Assembly: GCF_018336915.1 (NCBI RefSeq)
Contig: NZ_CP064923.1
Span: forward strand, 4,200,001-4,232,000
Reading direction: 5' to 3'
Source of the DNA: Acaryochloris marina S15
GTDB lineage: Bacteria > Cyanobacteriota > Cyanobacteriia > Thermosynechococcales > Thermosynechococcaceae
DNA: 32,000 nt
Position numbers and translations under genes: made by a program
The notes under the pieces: generated by a model
What the model saw: only the letters and a program-made list of their open reading frames with translations
What the model was told of the DNA's origin: nothing
Databases searched by the model: none
Part shown: one piece after another, positions 8,356 through 16,412 of the stretch
Layout of the letters: the number at the start of each line of letters is the position of its first letter
Numbering within the stretch: the stretch's first letter is position 1

Positions 8356-9866
8356 ATTTTTGCTTCAGGAGATATGGGTAACGTCACGGTGAATGTGCTG
8401 CCTTCACCCTCTGCAGAAAGGACACTGACTTGCCCTCCCATGCCTTCGGTGAAGGTCTTGACTAAGGATAGGCCCAGACCAACGCCACCTGTACAGCGGG
8501 CTCGGGCTTCATCTAATCGATAAAAACGTTCAAAAATGCGGGATTGCTGCTTGAGAGGGATACCATCGCCGCGATCGCACACATGAATCAAAGCTGAATC
8601 CTCTCGTTGTTCTAGCTTCACAGTGACAGGTTCCGTAGTTGCTGAATATTTAATCGCATTTTCCACCAAGTTTACCAATACCTGTTGGAGGCGATCCGCG
8701 TCGGCAAACACGGGAATTAAAGAAGACTCAGACTCCAACTCAATCTGACGATGATTAAACTTTTCTGCCATATTAACGACTTCTACCGCCACATCATTCA
8801 GAATCAACGTCTCCAGATGATAAGGCATATACCCATCATCAGCTCGGGCTAAACAGAGCAAATCTTGCAGTAACCGAATCGTGAGGTCAGCCTCAGCCGT
8901 AGAGATTTCTAACGCTTCCCGCTGCATTTCAGTCAGGTTATCGCCCCGGCGTTGAATACTTTGCAAATAGCCCCGGACGATTGTGAGAGGGGTTCGTAGT
9001 TCATGGGAAACATTGCTCACAAACTCCCGCTGTCGTTCCGTGGTGTGCTGCTGCTCTTGCCAAGCTTCTGACAAGCGATCCAACATCATATTGAAGGTTT
9101 CTGCCAGTTCTTGGATTTCGCTGGGAGCATTGTCAATTTCGACCTTCGTTCCCCCTAAATCATCGGGTGAAATGGCTTTGGTCATTAAGCCCATTTCGCA
9201 AAGGGGGCGTAACGACCGATTCACATACCAAGTTAAAGCTAGAGTAATCAAGACAATAGCAACTACACTGGCCAGGGCCAGGGACTGCACACTAGCGACA
9301 AACTTACGTTGATCCTCAGTAATATCCTGGGCCACAAAGAGCGTTCCTAATGGCTGATTTCTCACCCTTAAGGGGCTATGACAAGCTACAAAATCTCGCC
9401 CTTGGATGTGGTAGACCTTCGGTACGATGCTGTCTCGAAAAGCCGTTGCCAAGGTGCTAGGACTTTCAAACCGTTGCCACGCTGGACCTGACATATTGTC
9501 GGAAGTCGCCACTAAGGTTCCCTGAGAATCGTTCACCCAGAGCAATAAATTACGTCCAGACCGATTGTTAATCGCTTTTTCGATACTCTTCTGCACCGTA
9601 AACATTTCATCTTGTTGATAGAGCACCACATCATCTGCGATCCGATCGCCAATATCAACAATTTTTTGCTTGTGGCTAGAAATCAAAATCCGCTGCATCT
9701 TCCAGCTAGTCCATAAAGCAACGCTGGTCAGTCCCACAGCAATCAGGCCAGCAATACTAGCCGTCAGCCGAAACTGGAGTGACTTAGGATTAACAGCTTG
9801 GCGCAACTGGGGAGAGAAGTTTCGCCATCCCTTACGAAGGGAAGATTTGATCGGAAATGCACCCAC
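8352..9866 (-). CDS. Sensor histidine kinase (two TM helices flanking a ~135-aa periplasmic domain, then HAMP, HisKA and HATPase_c).
   Basis: 504-aa ORF with GTG start. TM segments are LTASIAGLIAVGLTSVALW and LALASVVAIVLITLALTWYV. H-box SHELRTPLT. N-box LVNLVENAIKYS. G-boxes DRGDGIP and GVGLGLSLV. Confidence 0.92.
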   Translation of the reverse strand: MGAFPIKSSLRKGWRNFSPQLRQAVNPKSLQFRLTASIAGLIAVGLTSVALWTSWKMQRILISSHKQKIVDIGDRIADDVVLYQQDEMFTVQKSIEKAINNRSGRNLLLWVNDSQGTLVATSDNMSGPAWQRFESPSTLATAFRDSIVPKVYHIQGRDFVACHSPLRVRNQPLGTLFVAQDITEDQRKFVASVQSLALASVVAIVLITLALTWYVNRSLRPLCEMGLMTKAISPDDLGGTKVEIDNAPSEIQELAETFNMMLDRLSEAWQEQQHTTERQREFVSNVSHELRTPLTIVRGYLQSIQRRGDNLTEMQREALEISTAEADLTIRLLQDLLCLARADDGYMPYHLETLILNDVAVEVVNMAEKFNHRQIELESESSLIPVFADADRLQQVLVNLVENAIKYSATTEPVTVKLEQREDSALIHVCDRGDGIPLKQQSRIFERFYRLDEARARCTGGVGLGLSLVKTFTEGMGGQVSVLSAEGEGSTFTVTLPISPEAKI

Positions 9867-9878
9867 GCTAGCCGTCCT

Positions 9879-10490
9879 TCAAAATAACTTGGCGGTATGG
9901 GAAACCGGATCAAAGTTGTACCGGGTTTGATAATCCGTCAGCCCGTAAAGATTAAATGTAACCGTCGGTTCATCACCTAAAGCTTCCACGCAGTGAATGG
10001 CCTCAGGCATGACGCTAATCGTATCGCCAGGGTTCAAAATCAACTCACCAGCAGCCTCAATCTTGTGGGGATGGCTATCGGACGGGGTACGCTGCCAGAA
10101 CGTATTTTTCTCTTGGCCACTGACCAAAGCCACCACCCCCCAAGTGGCATGATTATGAATCGGCGACATTTGCCCCGGCAACCAAACCACCGTTTGTACC
10201 GTCAGCGGAAAATTCGGTTCATCGTAAAGCATGGTGACGGACCAACCTCGTTCAGGGTCAGGAGGCTGAACCTCAAACTGCAACCAGGCCGAGTCTGTCA
10301 GCAGCTCCCGAACAAGGGGATGGATAGCCTGTAGTCGCTCCTGATCCTGATCCGTTGCCGCCAAGATATCTTCGACTTCCGTCAGAAATCGATACAGTCT
10401 GTAAGTTTGAGCTCTTTTCTGTGGCAAGGACTGATGGGACCAAGGTTGCACTTGGCCATCATCCGTTACGAACCAATCTTGGTCTACCAT
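9879..10490 (-). CDS. Cupin-fold metalloprotein, cysteine-dioxygenase-type-I-like (COG5553-like).
   Basis: 203-aa ORF. The cupin motif PIHNHATWGVVALVSGQEKN plus a downstream H (EAIHCVE) is typical of the CDO_I-like double-stranded beta-helix family. No signal peptide. It ends 12 nt upstream of the kinase start. Confidence 0.65.
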   Translation of the reverse strand: MVDQDWFVTDDGQVQPWSHQSLPQKRAQTYRLYRFLTEVEDILAATDQDQERLQAIHPLVRELLTDSAWLQFEVQPPDPERGWSVTMLYDEPNFPLTVQTVVWLPGQMSPIHNHATWGVVALVSGQEKNTFWQRTPSDSHPHKIEAAGELILNPGDTISVMPEAIHCVEALGDEPTVTFNLYGLTDYQTRYNFDPVSHTAKLF

Positions 10491-10518
10491 CTTGATGTTC
10501 TACAAAGTGGATTCAAAT

Positions 10519-10992
10519 CTATTGAACAATGACTGGATAGTCAGGCGTAGGGTTCAGAGGACAACTTAAAACGTAGTTTCCCGGTTTTAGCGTAATCTCA
10601 TAGGCTTGGGTTTGTCCTTGATTGAGGTCACCGCCACTGACTTTAGGTAGGGTAACTTGGTTGATCCCTTCCCCTCGCAAATAGAAACCCAGTTCATAAG
10701 GTACATCTCGGTTCGTAACTTCGAACACATACTTTCCAGGCTTTAGGGTCAAAGGTTTAAAACTGGATTGGCGTTGTTCTAAAGTTTCACCATTCAACGT
10801 CTTACAGTCGTCAGCCTGTGTTGTTTTGAATTTAAAATCTTCAGATTCTGTTTCCAAAAATTGACAGCCCGTTTGAGTCAATTTAATGACTTCTACAGGT
10901 TGATTTTCCTCACTGGTTTGGGAGGTTGAACTACAGCCTGCCACAAACACAAATGCCAACAAACTTCCATACTGAAGGAGTCTAAATTGCAT
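10519..10992 (-). CDS. Lipoprotein, possibly with a cupredoxin-like fold but lacking canonical type-1 copper ligands.
   Basis: 157-aa ORF. Signal peptide with lipobox FVAG-C20. Beta-rich motifs LKPGKYVFEVTN and LKPGNYVLSCPLNP resemble cupredoxin-like-domain proteins, but the His/Met ligands after the Cys are absent. A 28-nt gap separates it from the cupin gene. Confidence 0.55.
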   Translation of the reverse strand: MQFRLLQYGSLLAFVFVAGCSSTSQTSEENQPVEVIKLTQTGCQFLETESEDFKFKTTQADDCKTLNGETLEQRQSSFKPLTLKPGKYVFEVTNRDVPYELGFYLRGEGINQVTLPKVSGGDLNQGQTQAYEITLKPGNYVLSCPLNPTPDYPVIVQ

Positions 10993-11351
10993 AGGGTTTC
11001 ATCTCATCAAGGGAACTAACGTACAGCCCTATCTCAAGTTTAAAGTTGAACAGATGATATCGTCCTGACCACTCAATAAATTTTCCCTGAGAATCCAGTA
11101 ACGTCGGCCAAAACAGAACTTAAAGTCACTGTTTAAAATACTTCAATCCCTGAAAAATCACTTTCTTAACTAATCCCCATCTCTTTCTCAGCAAAATTTC
11201 AGATTGGTCAGTCTCAATCAAGAATGTATATGTGGATCTTATGAAAGGTTCGCCAAAAGAACGTCCTATTTCAGCCAAATTTCCATTTAATGCAACAATT
11301 AATTAGGCAATTTTAGTTGCACCGAAGATTAATCCATCATGGAGAGTATCA

Positions 11352-11606
11352 ATGAAAGTTAAATATATGGCAATGGTTGCCACCGTTTCTTTACTAAGTG
11401 TTGGTGGCCTGGTGATCGGTTGCGCTAATCCCTGTGCTGCTAAAGAGAAGAACGGCGCCGAAACCACTGAAACAACAGATCCTTGTGCTGCGAAATCAGG
11501 CGATCCCTGTGCTGCGAAAGATGACCCCTGCGCTGCCAAAGGCGATCCCTGTGCTGCAAAAGAAGATCCTTGTGCCGCTAAGGCAGATCCCTGTGCAGGG
11601 TCGTAA
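11352..11606 (+). CDS. Small Cys-rich lipoprotein made of seven tandem (D/N)PCAAKx heptad repeats.
   Basis: 84-aa ORF. GGAGAG lies 5 nt upstream of the ATG. Signal peptide with lipobox LVIG-C24. The repeats are NPCAAK..., DPCAAKSG, DPCAAKD, DPCAAKG, DPCAAKE, DPCAAKA and DPCAGS. Repeat copies differ mostly at synonymous sites (tgt/tgc, gct/gcg/gcc/gca, aaa/aag, gat/gac). This argues for selection on the peptide. Confidence 0.7.
   Translation: MKVKYMAMVATVSLLSVGGLVIGCANPCAAKEKNGAETTETTDPCAAKSGDPCAAKDDPCAAKGDPCAAKEDPCAAKADPCAGS
11478..11603 (+). repeat. Tandem 21-bp (one 24-bp) coding repeat array that encodes the DPCAAKx heptads.
   Basis: gatccttgtgctgcgaaatcaggc / gatccctgtgctgcgaaagat / gacccctgcgctgccaaaggc / gatccctgtgctgcaaaagaa / gatccttgtgccgctaaggca / gatccctgtgcagggtcg. 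Confidence 0.9.
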
Positions 11607-11687
11607 GTACATCAACTCTCTCTTCTATCCTCTTGGCCTTACTTAGGGCTGTACTCAATTACAACTACAGATAACGATAGAATGCTG

Positions 11688-11730
11688 GAGGTAGATACTA
11701 TATGTGTCTACCTCTGTTCTATTTGCTGTT
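11688..11730 (+). terminator. Probable intrinsic terminator of the DPCAAK-repeat gene.
   Basis: 8-bp stem gaggtaga (11688-11695) / tctacctc (11707-11714) with an 11-nt loop, followed by the T-rich tgttctatttgctgtttt. Confidence 0.45.
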
Positions 11731-11818
11731 TTGCGAGCGTTCGATCCAACACCATTGCCCACCACAAGTGGGAGCCAAGCAAATGCACTGGGACAGATAG
11801 TTAGCCAAACCGTTTTCA

Positions 11819-12280
11819 ATGATTAATCAGATGAAATCAACCACTATGTCTTTACGTGTCAAGTTTGCCTGTTTCTGTGTGGCGTTTGCATTGCTCATCA
11901 GCAGTTTTATCAGCCCACCTGCCCTTGCAGTCACCCAAATTGAGCTCAAGGATCTGACCTACGCTGAATGTTCCCCTGATGTTGGCAAGGGAACGGTAAC
12001 CAGTGGCGGTCCCATCATGCAATTGGCCAACTGTTTTATCATTTCAGGGACAACGGTCAACAAATCCGGTAAACCTGTGATGGATGCAGACGTATTTGGC
12101 CGCATCTTTGATGCAAACAACAACCCTGCCATGGAGAACCGGGGACGGCTGGGAGCCATTGATATTGTTGACCCTGGAGAAGGCACATTTGAGCTCAGAG
12201 TGAGTGTGCCCGATGCTCTAGTAACGCCCTTAAAACTTGAGAAGTTCAAGGCAAGCGGTTTTACCGCCAAAGTCCGCTAG
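11819..12280 (+). CDS. Exported (periplasmic or lumenal) protein of unknown function.
   Basis: 153-aa ORF. The signal peptide ...FCVAFALLISSFISPPALA/VTQ may start at an internal Met (MKSTT or MSLRV). The mature part is beta-rich. I do not recognise the family. Confidence 0.6.
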   Translation: MINQMKSTTMSLRVKFACFCVAFALLISSFISPPALAVTQIELKDLTYAECSPDVGKGTVTSGGPIMQLANCFIISGTTVNKSGKPVMDADVFGRIFDANNNPAMENRGRLGAIDIVDPGEGTFELRVSVPDALVTPLKLEKFKASGFTAKVR

Positions 12281-12302
12281 TTGAGATTTAGACTTTAATT
12301 CG

Positions 12303-12340
12303 AATACCCTGAGTTCACCTTATCTAGAACTCAGGGTATT
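12303..12340. terminator. Perfect 14-bp hairpin between convergent genes (possible bidirectional terminator).
   Basis: aataccctgagttc (12303-12316) / gaactcagggtatt (12327-12340) with a 10-nt loop. It is flanked by only a weak T tract. Confidence 0.4.
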
Positions 12341-12415
12341 TAGTAGACCTATAGATTTTTCAACATGATAAAGCATCCCCCTCTTGCCAAAAGGACAGAG
12401 ACTTATCAAGCTGTT

Positions 12416-12691
12416 TTACAAAGCAATCCCAGTCACAGCTTGCTGTAAGAACTGCAAGAGAAAGATTGCTAAGATCGGAGAAAAGTCGATTCCACCTAGA
12501 GGCGGAATGATGGAACGAAAAATATTGAGATAGGGATCAGTAAGCTGACTCAAAACCGAAAAGGGTGCACTACTCCAATCAATATTGGGGAACCAACTTA
12601 GCAAAATCCGAATGATTAATAGAGCAAAGTAAATTTGTAAAAATGTTGCGAGACTATTAAAAATTAATGCTGTAATTTCGGTTGCTGCCAT
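12416..12691 (-). CDS. YggT-family (Ycf19/YlmG-like) small membrane protein.
   Basis: 91 aa with two TM helices and the YGGT signature LLIIRILLSWFP...PYLNIFRSIIPPLGGIDFSPI. Confidence 0.85.
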   Translation of the reverse strand: MAATEITALIFNSLATFLQIYFALLIIRILLSWFPNIDWSSAPFSVLSQLTDPYLNIFRSIIPPLGGIDFSPILAIFLLQFLQQAVTGIAL

Positions 12692-12851
12692 GGTGATATA
12701 TGTGGGGTTAGCCGTACAAGTAGATCGATACTGATATCCATCAGTTTAGCGGATGATTTGTAGTCAGGGTATACGGTGAGATTGCGAGATTGCCGATCCT
12801 CTTGAACGGCAATCCTCCACCATGGGGATACCCAACATGCTCTAAATTCAC

Positions 12852-13505
12852 CTAAGCAGTTTCAAAGGCGCGATCGCCCGCATCTCCTAACCCAGGAACA
12901 ATGAACCCTTGCTCGTTCAAGCCTTCATCAATGGTCGCAGTATAGATTTGTAAACTCGGATAGTTTTCACCCAATTGTTTAAGCGCTGGGGGGGCTGCCA
13001 CGACGGAGATAATCCGAACCAATTCTGGATCGGCTTGGCGCTGGGTGAGTTCCTGCATGGTGGTCATAATCGACCCCCCCGTGGCTAGCATCGGCTCTGT
13101 GATCAAAATACGAGTCTGGGGCAGAAACTGATCCGGAAGTTTATTCAAATAACAGTGAGGTTGGAGGGTTTCTTCATCGCGAGCTAACCCCAAGTGATAA
13201 GTAGCGGCTCTAGGGATAACACTTTGTGCCCCATCTAATAACGTCAGTCCGGCCCTAAGAATGGGAACAACAGCGACTGGCAGTTCAGGATTGATCACAG
13301 CAGCGGCGGCAGGCCCTAGGGGCGTCTCCACAGTCGTTTCAATCAAAGGGAACCATTCCCGCATGGCTTCATAAGTTAGCCATCGCCCTAGCTCTGTCAT
13401 CGCGGTCCGAAACATCACCCCAGGTGTATTACGATCGCGGGCCACCGCCAACCAATGCTTAATTAAAGGATGAGGAGGAACATATACCCGAAGTTGAAGC
13501 GCCAT
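12852..13505 (-). CDS. upp: Uracil phosphoribosyltransferase.
   Basis: UPRTase motifs: VPILRAGL, the PRPP loop ILITEPMLATGGS, and the C-terminal IVPGLGDAGDR. I chose Met32 of the tracked ORF as the start (MALQLRVYVPPHPLIKHWL; cat at 13503-13505). The upstream extension is basic and shows no family-like features. Confidence 0.85.
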   Translation of the reverse strand: MALQLRVYVPPHPLIKHWLAVARDRNTPGVMFRTAMTELGRWLTYEAMREWFPLIETTVETPLGPAAAAVINPELPVAVVPILRAGLTLLDGAQSVIPRAATYHLGLARDEETLQPHCYLNKLPDQFLPQTRILITEPMLATGGSIMTTMQELTQRQADPELVRIISVVAAPPALKQLGENYPSLQIYTATIDEGLNEQGFIVPGLGDAGDRAFETA

Positions 13506-13626
13506 ATGGTTACTAAAGCAGGTTGGGAGCAAAGCAGTTCGTTCTCGAACCTGAACTATCATACGCTTTTTAATCCGTTGCAATAGGTACTGAAGCACAG
13601 ACCTTCAAAAATTTATTGAGAATTAA

Positions 13627-13655
13627 TTGCAATTAGTGATTAACTGTTCTATATT
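13627..13655 (+). promoter_or_regulatory. Near-consensus sigma70-type promoter (TTGCAA-17 nt-TATATT).
   Basis: -35 TTGCAA at 13627-13632, an exact 17-nt spacer, and -10 TATATT at 13650-13655. It lies in the upp/crtH divergent intergenic region and points towards crtH. Confidence 0.4.
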
Positions 13656-13661
13656 TATTCA

Positions 13662-13730
13662 TGTGTTCTCCTCTCAGAGGATTCGGCAGGTGGGGCCAAG
13701 GCGTTAGCGCAGCTTGGTTCCATTTTTTTT
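13662..13730 (+). ncRNA. Candidate ~70-nt small RNA or terminated leader of crtH (boundaries predicted only).
   Basis: It is bounded by the promoter above and an intrinsic terminator. The terminator is a 12-bp stem from 13692-13721 (ggggccaaggcg ttag cgc-ag-cttggttcc, with a 2-nt bulge), followed by A plus T8 (13723-13730). The 5' part holds a CU-rich small hairpin, tcctc-tca-gagga. There is no ORF. Confidence 0.3.
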
Positions 13731-13818
13731 GAGGGTCTACAACAGCAATAAAAATCTAGATAAGTTTCTCTTGCAGGCAGGATAATGAAAGAGACAACTC
13801 CCCATATTTTCCTGACCT

Positions 13819-15339
13819 TTGCCCATGCCATCTTCCTTAAATAACGTTCCTAATCAGGCCTATGATGCCATTGTTATTGGCTCAGGGATCGGAGGCTTAG
13901 TAACAGCTACGCAATTAGCTGCTAAAGGGGCAAAGGTATTGGTTTTGGAACGCTACCTCATTCCAGGAGGAAGTGCGGGTTACTTTGAGCGTAATGGCTA
14001 TCGGTTTGATGTTGGGGCTTCCATGATTTTTGGGTTCGGTGATCGCGGTACGACCAACTTGTTAACCAGGGCCTTAGCCGCCGTTGATCAGCACCTTGAG
14101 ACCCTTCCTGACCCCGTCCAAATCCACTACCATCTCCCCCAAAATTTAGATCTCAAGGTGCACCGAGACTATGAGAAGTATTTGCAAGAGTTGATTTCAC
14201 TTTTCCCCCATGAGCGCCGTGGCATTCGTCAGTTTTACGACACCTGCTGGCAAATTTTTAATAGTCTCAACAGTATGGAGTTACTGTCTTTAGAAGAATT
14301 GGGTTACTTAGCCCGGTCTTTTTGGCACCATCCAGGCAGCTGCTTTCGGCTATTGCAGTATTTACCCCGTAATGTAGGAGACTATGCTCGGCGGTATATC
14401 AAAGACCCTATTCTTCTCAACTTCATCGATATGGAGTGCTATTGCTGGTCAGTAGTGCCAGCAGCCCAAACTCCCATGATCAATGCTGGCATGGTCTTTT
14501 CCGATCGTCATTATGGCGGGGTGAATTATCCCAAGGGTGGCGTGGGTCAAATTGCCCTCAAGTTGGTTGAAGGGTTAGAGGCAGCCGGGAGCCAGATTCG
14601 CTATCGGGCTCGGGTCAATAAAATTGTGTTGGAGCAGGGAACAGCCGTTGGGGTTCAGCTAGCCACGGGAGAAACCTATCGCGGCAAGCAGATTATTTCT
14701 AACGCCACCCGCTGGGACACCTTTGGCAATTTATTAGATGAAGTTCCGCCAGCAGAAACAAAGTGGCGACAACGCTACACAAAATCTCCCAGCTTTTTGA
14801 GTCTGCATTTGGGGGTTAAAGCAGAGGCACTCCCTGCAGACCTAGACTGTCATCATATTTTGTTGAACAACTGGGATGAGATGGCTGAACCTGGAGCGAC
14901 GGTCTTTGTATCTATCCCCACCCTGCTCGACCCTTCTTTAGCTCCACCTGGACATCATATTGTCCATGCCTTTACACCGAGTTGGGTCAAGGATTGGCAG
15001 GTGCGATCGCAAACCCAATACCACACCCAAAAACAAGAGGCTGCTCAGACACTCATTACCCGATTACAGCAAATCATCCCCAATCTAGGCCAGCACATTC
15101 ACCATATGGAAGTGGGCACACCTCGCACCCACCGTCGCTTTCTCGGCCGTCAGGATGGTACCTATGGCCCCATCCCCAGCCGTCAACTCTGGGGGCTAGT
15201 GGGCATGCCCTTTAACCGCACTGCCATTCCAGGCTTATACTGCGTCGGGGATAGTACCTTTCCAGGCCAGGGCTTAAACGCCGTTGCATTTTCGGGGTTT
15301 GCCTGTGCCCATCGGGTAGCAAAGGATTTGAAACTATAG
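13819..15339 (+). CDS. crtH: Carotenoid (prolycopene) cis-trans isomerase.
   Basis: The N-terminus YDAIVIGSGIGGLVTATQLAAKGAKVLVLERYLIPGGSAGYFERNGYRFDVGASMIFGFGDRGTTNLLTRAL closely matches my recollection of cyanobacterial CrtH/CRTISO. The tracked start is TTG at 13819. ATG at 13825 is the more likely start. Confidence 0.85.
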   Translation: MPMPSSLNNVPNQAYDAIVIGSGIGGLVTATQLAAKGAKVLVLERYLIPGGSAGYFERNGYRFDVGASMIFGFGDRGTTNLLTRALAAVDQHLETLPDPVQIHYHLPQNLDLKVHRDYEKYLQELISLFPHERRGIRQFYDTCWQIFNSLNSMELLSLEELGYLARSFWHHPGSCFRLLQYLPRNVGDYARRYIKDPILLNFIDMECYCWSVVPAAQTPMINAGMVFSDRHYGGVNYPKGGVGQIALKLVEGLEAAGSQIRYRARVNKIVLEQGTAVGVQLATGETYRGKQIISNATRWDTFGNLLDEVPPAETKWRQRYTKSPSFLSLHLGVKAEALPADLDCHHILLNNWDEMAEPGATVFVSIPTLLDPSLAPPGHHIVHAFTPSWVKDWQVRSQTQYHTQKQEAAQTLITRLQQIIPNLGQHIHHMEVGTPRTHRRFLGRQDGTYGPIPSRQLWGLVGMPFNRTAIPGLYCVGDSTFPGQGLNAVAFSGFACAHRVAKDLKL

Positions 15340-15436
15340 ACCTACTGAATAGGCTTTATTCAGGTTTTCGTGGAATAGAGTTGACGGATTGCCATAATGT
15401 GTTGAATGATAGTGAATCGCAGTTAATGCACAGCCA

Positions 15437-15520
15437 GCGGAACTGGCGGAATTGGTAGACGCGCTAGGTTCAGGTCCTAGTGTCTGCAAAGACATCCGGG
15501 TTCAAGTCCCGGGTTCCGCA
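15437..15520 (+). tRNA. tRNA-Leu (anticodon CAG), class II with a long variable arm.
   Basis: Acceptor gcggaac/gttccgc plus discriminator a. Anticodon stem-loop ctagg-ttCAGgt-cctag. Variable arm tgtc-tgcaaa-gaca. T arm ccggg-ttcaagt-cccgg. No encoded CCA. Confidence 0.9.
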
Positions 15521-15533
15521 TTGGATACACACT

Positions 15534-16319
15534 ATGATTACAAGCTTGCAAAATCCGCTGATTAAACAAATGCGGAAGTTGCAGCAGGTTAAACATCGTC
15601 GCCAGCAGGGCAAGCTGCTGCTAGAAGGCACCCATTTACTCCAGTCTGCCTCGGAGCAACATTGGTCTTTTGAGATTGTCTGCTATACGGCTAGATGGCA
15701 AGCCAAATATCCCCAATTATGGCAGCAGATTCAAGACCACGCGGCTCGATTAGAGCAGGTTAGTCCAGAGGTATTGCAAGCCACCGCGACAACTGTACAT
15801 CCAGATGGAGTGGTGGCCGTAGTCAGTAAGCCAGCAACGACATCTTTGCCCATTCAGACCTTAGGATTAGCCCTAGAAACCATTCAAGATCCTGGAAATT
15901 TGGGAACTTTAATTCGAACGTCTGTGGCGACTCAGGTGGAAGGGCTGTTGTTGAATCAACAGTGTGCAGCTCTTGAAAGTCCCAAAGTATTGCGGGCCTC
16001 AGCCGGAGCCTGGTTTCATCTTCCTAAGTGGGCAACGGATACCTTCATCACCGCCTTACAAGAGTATCAACGGCAGGGCATCCAGCTCATTGCCACCGTT
16101 CCCGATGCATCCCAGACCTTTTGGCAGGTGGATTATCGACGACCGACCTTGATCTTGATTGGGAATGAAGGAGCAGGCTTATCCCAGCCTGTTTTGGATT
16201 TGGCCGATCACCAGGTCAATATCCCCATTGCTCCTGGGGTGGAGTCCTTAAATGCTGCGATCGCAGCAGCGCTTCTCCTCTACGAGGTTCGTCGGCAGCG
16301 CGATGGGAGACCGGCTTGA
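15534..16319 (+). CDS. TrmH/SpoU-family RNA 2'-O-methyltransferase (RlmB-like, with an N-terminal substrate-binding domain).
   Basis: SpoU motifs: ETIQDPGNLGTLIRTS, LILIGNEGAGLS, and IPIAPGVESLNAAIAAALLLYE. I moved the start to ATG at 15534 (MITSLQNPLIK) because the tracked ORF start at 15480 lies inside the tRNA-Leu gene. Confidence 0.8.
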   Translation: MITSLQNPLIKQMRKLQQVKHRRQQGKLLLEGTHLLQSASEQHWSFEIVCYTARWQAKYPQLWQQIQDHAARLEQVSPEVLQATATTVHPDGVVAVVSKPATTSLPIQTLGLALETIQDPGNLGTLIRTSVATQVEGLLLNQQCAALESPKVLRASAGAWFHLPKWATDTFITALQEYQRQGIQLIATVPDASQTFWQVDYRRPTLILIGNEGAGLSQPVLDLADHQVNIPIAPGVESLNAAIAAALLLYEVRRQRDGRPA

Positions 16320-16412
16320 TTACGTTCAATGACATCCAATGGATTCCGACCCAGAAGCCCATAAAATAAGGCTACTTAGTAAAATTTCTGTCGCAATTTT
16401 TTAAGATTTTCT

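Noticed and set aside
11352-11606. Reading the DPCAAK-repeat gene as a multi-core RiPP precursor.
   Set aside because: It has a lipoprotein signal instead of a leader peptide. No maturase, protease or transporter genes are adjacent, and the only nearby enzyme is a cytoplasmic cupin in a different transcription unit. I kept it only as a remote analogy.
11303-11646. ORFs 11303-11539 (minus, 'AAQGS' repeats) and 11434-11646 (plus, alternative frame) over the DPCAAK repeat array.
   Set aside because: They are frame and strand shadows of the tandem repeat. Only the 11352 frame has a Shine-Dalgarno sequence, a lipoprotein signal peptide and a synonymous-substitution pattern across copies.
13506-13598. 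The 31-codon N-terminal extension of upp, and similarly the 15480-15533 extension of the trmH-like ORF.
   Set aside because: The upp family start (M-x-x-QLRVYVPPHPLI) coincides with the internal Met. The trmH extension would overlap the tRNA-Leu gene.
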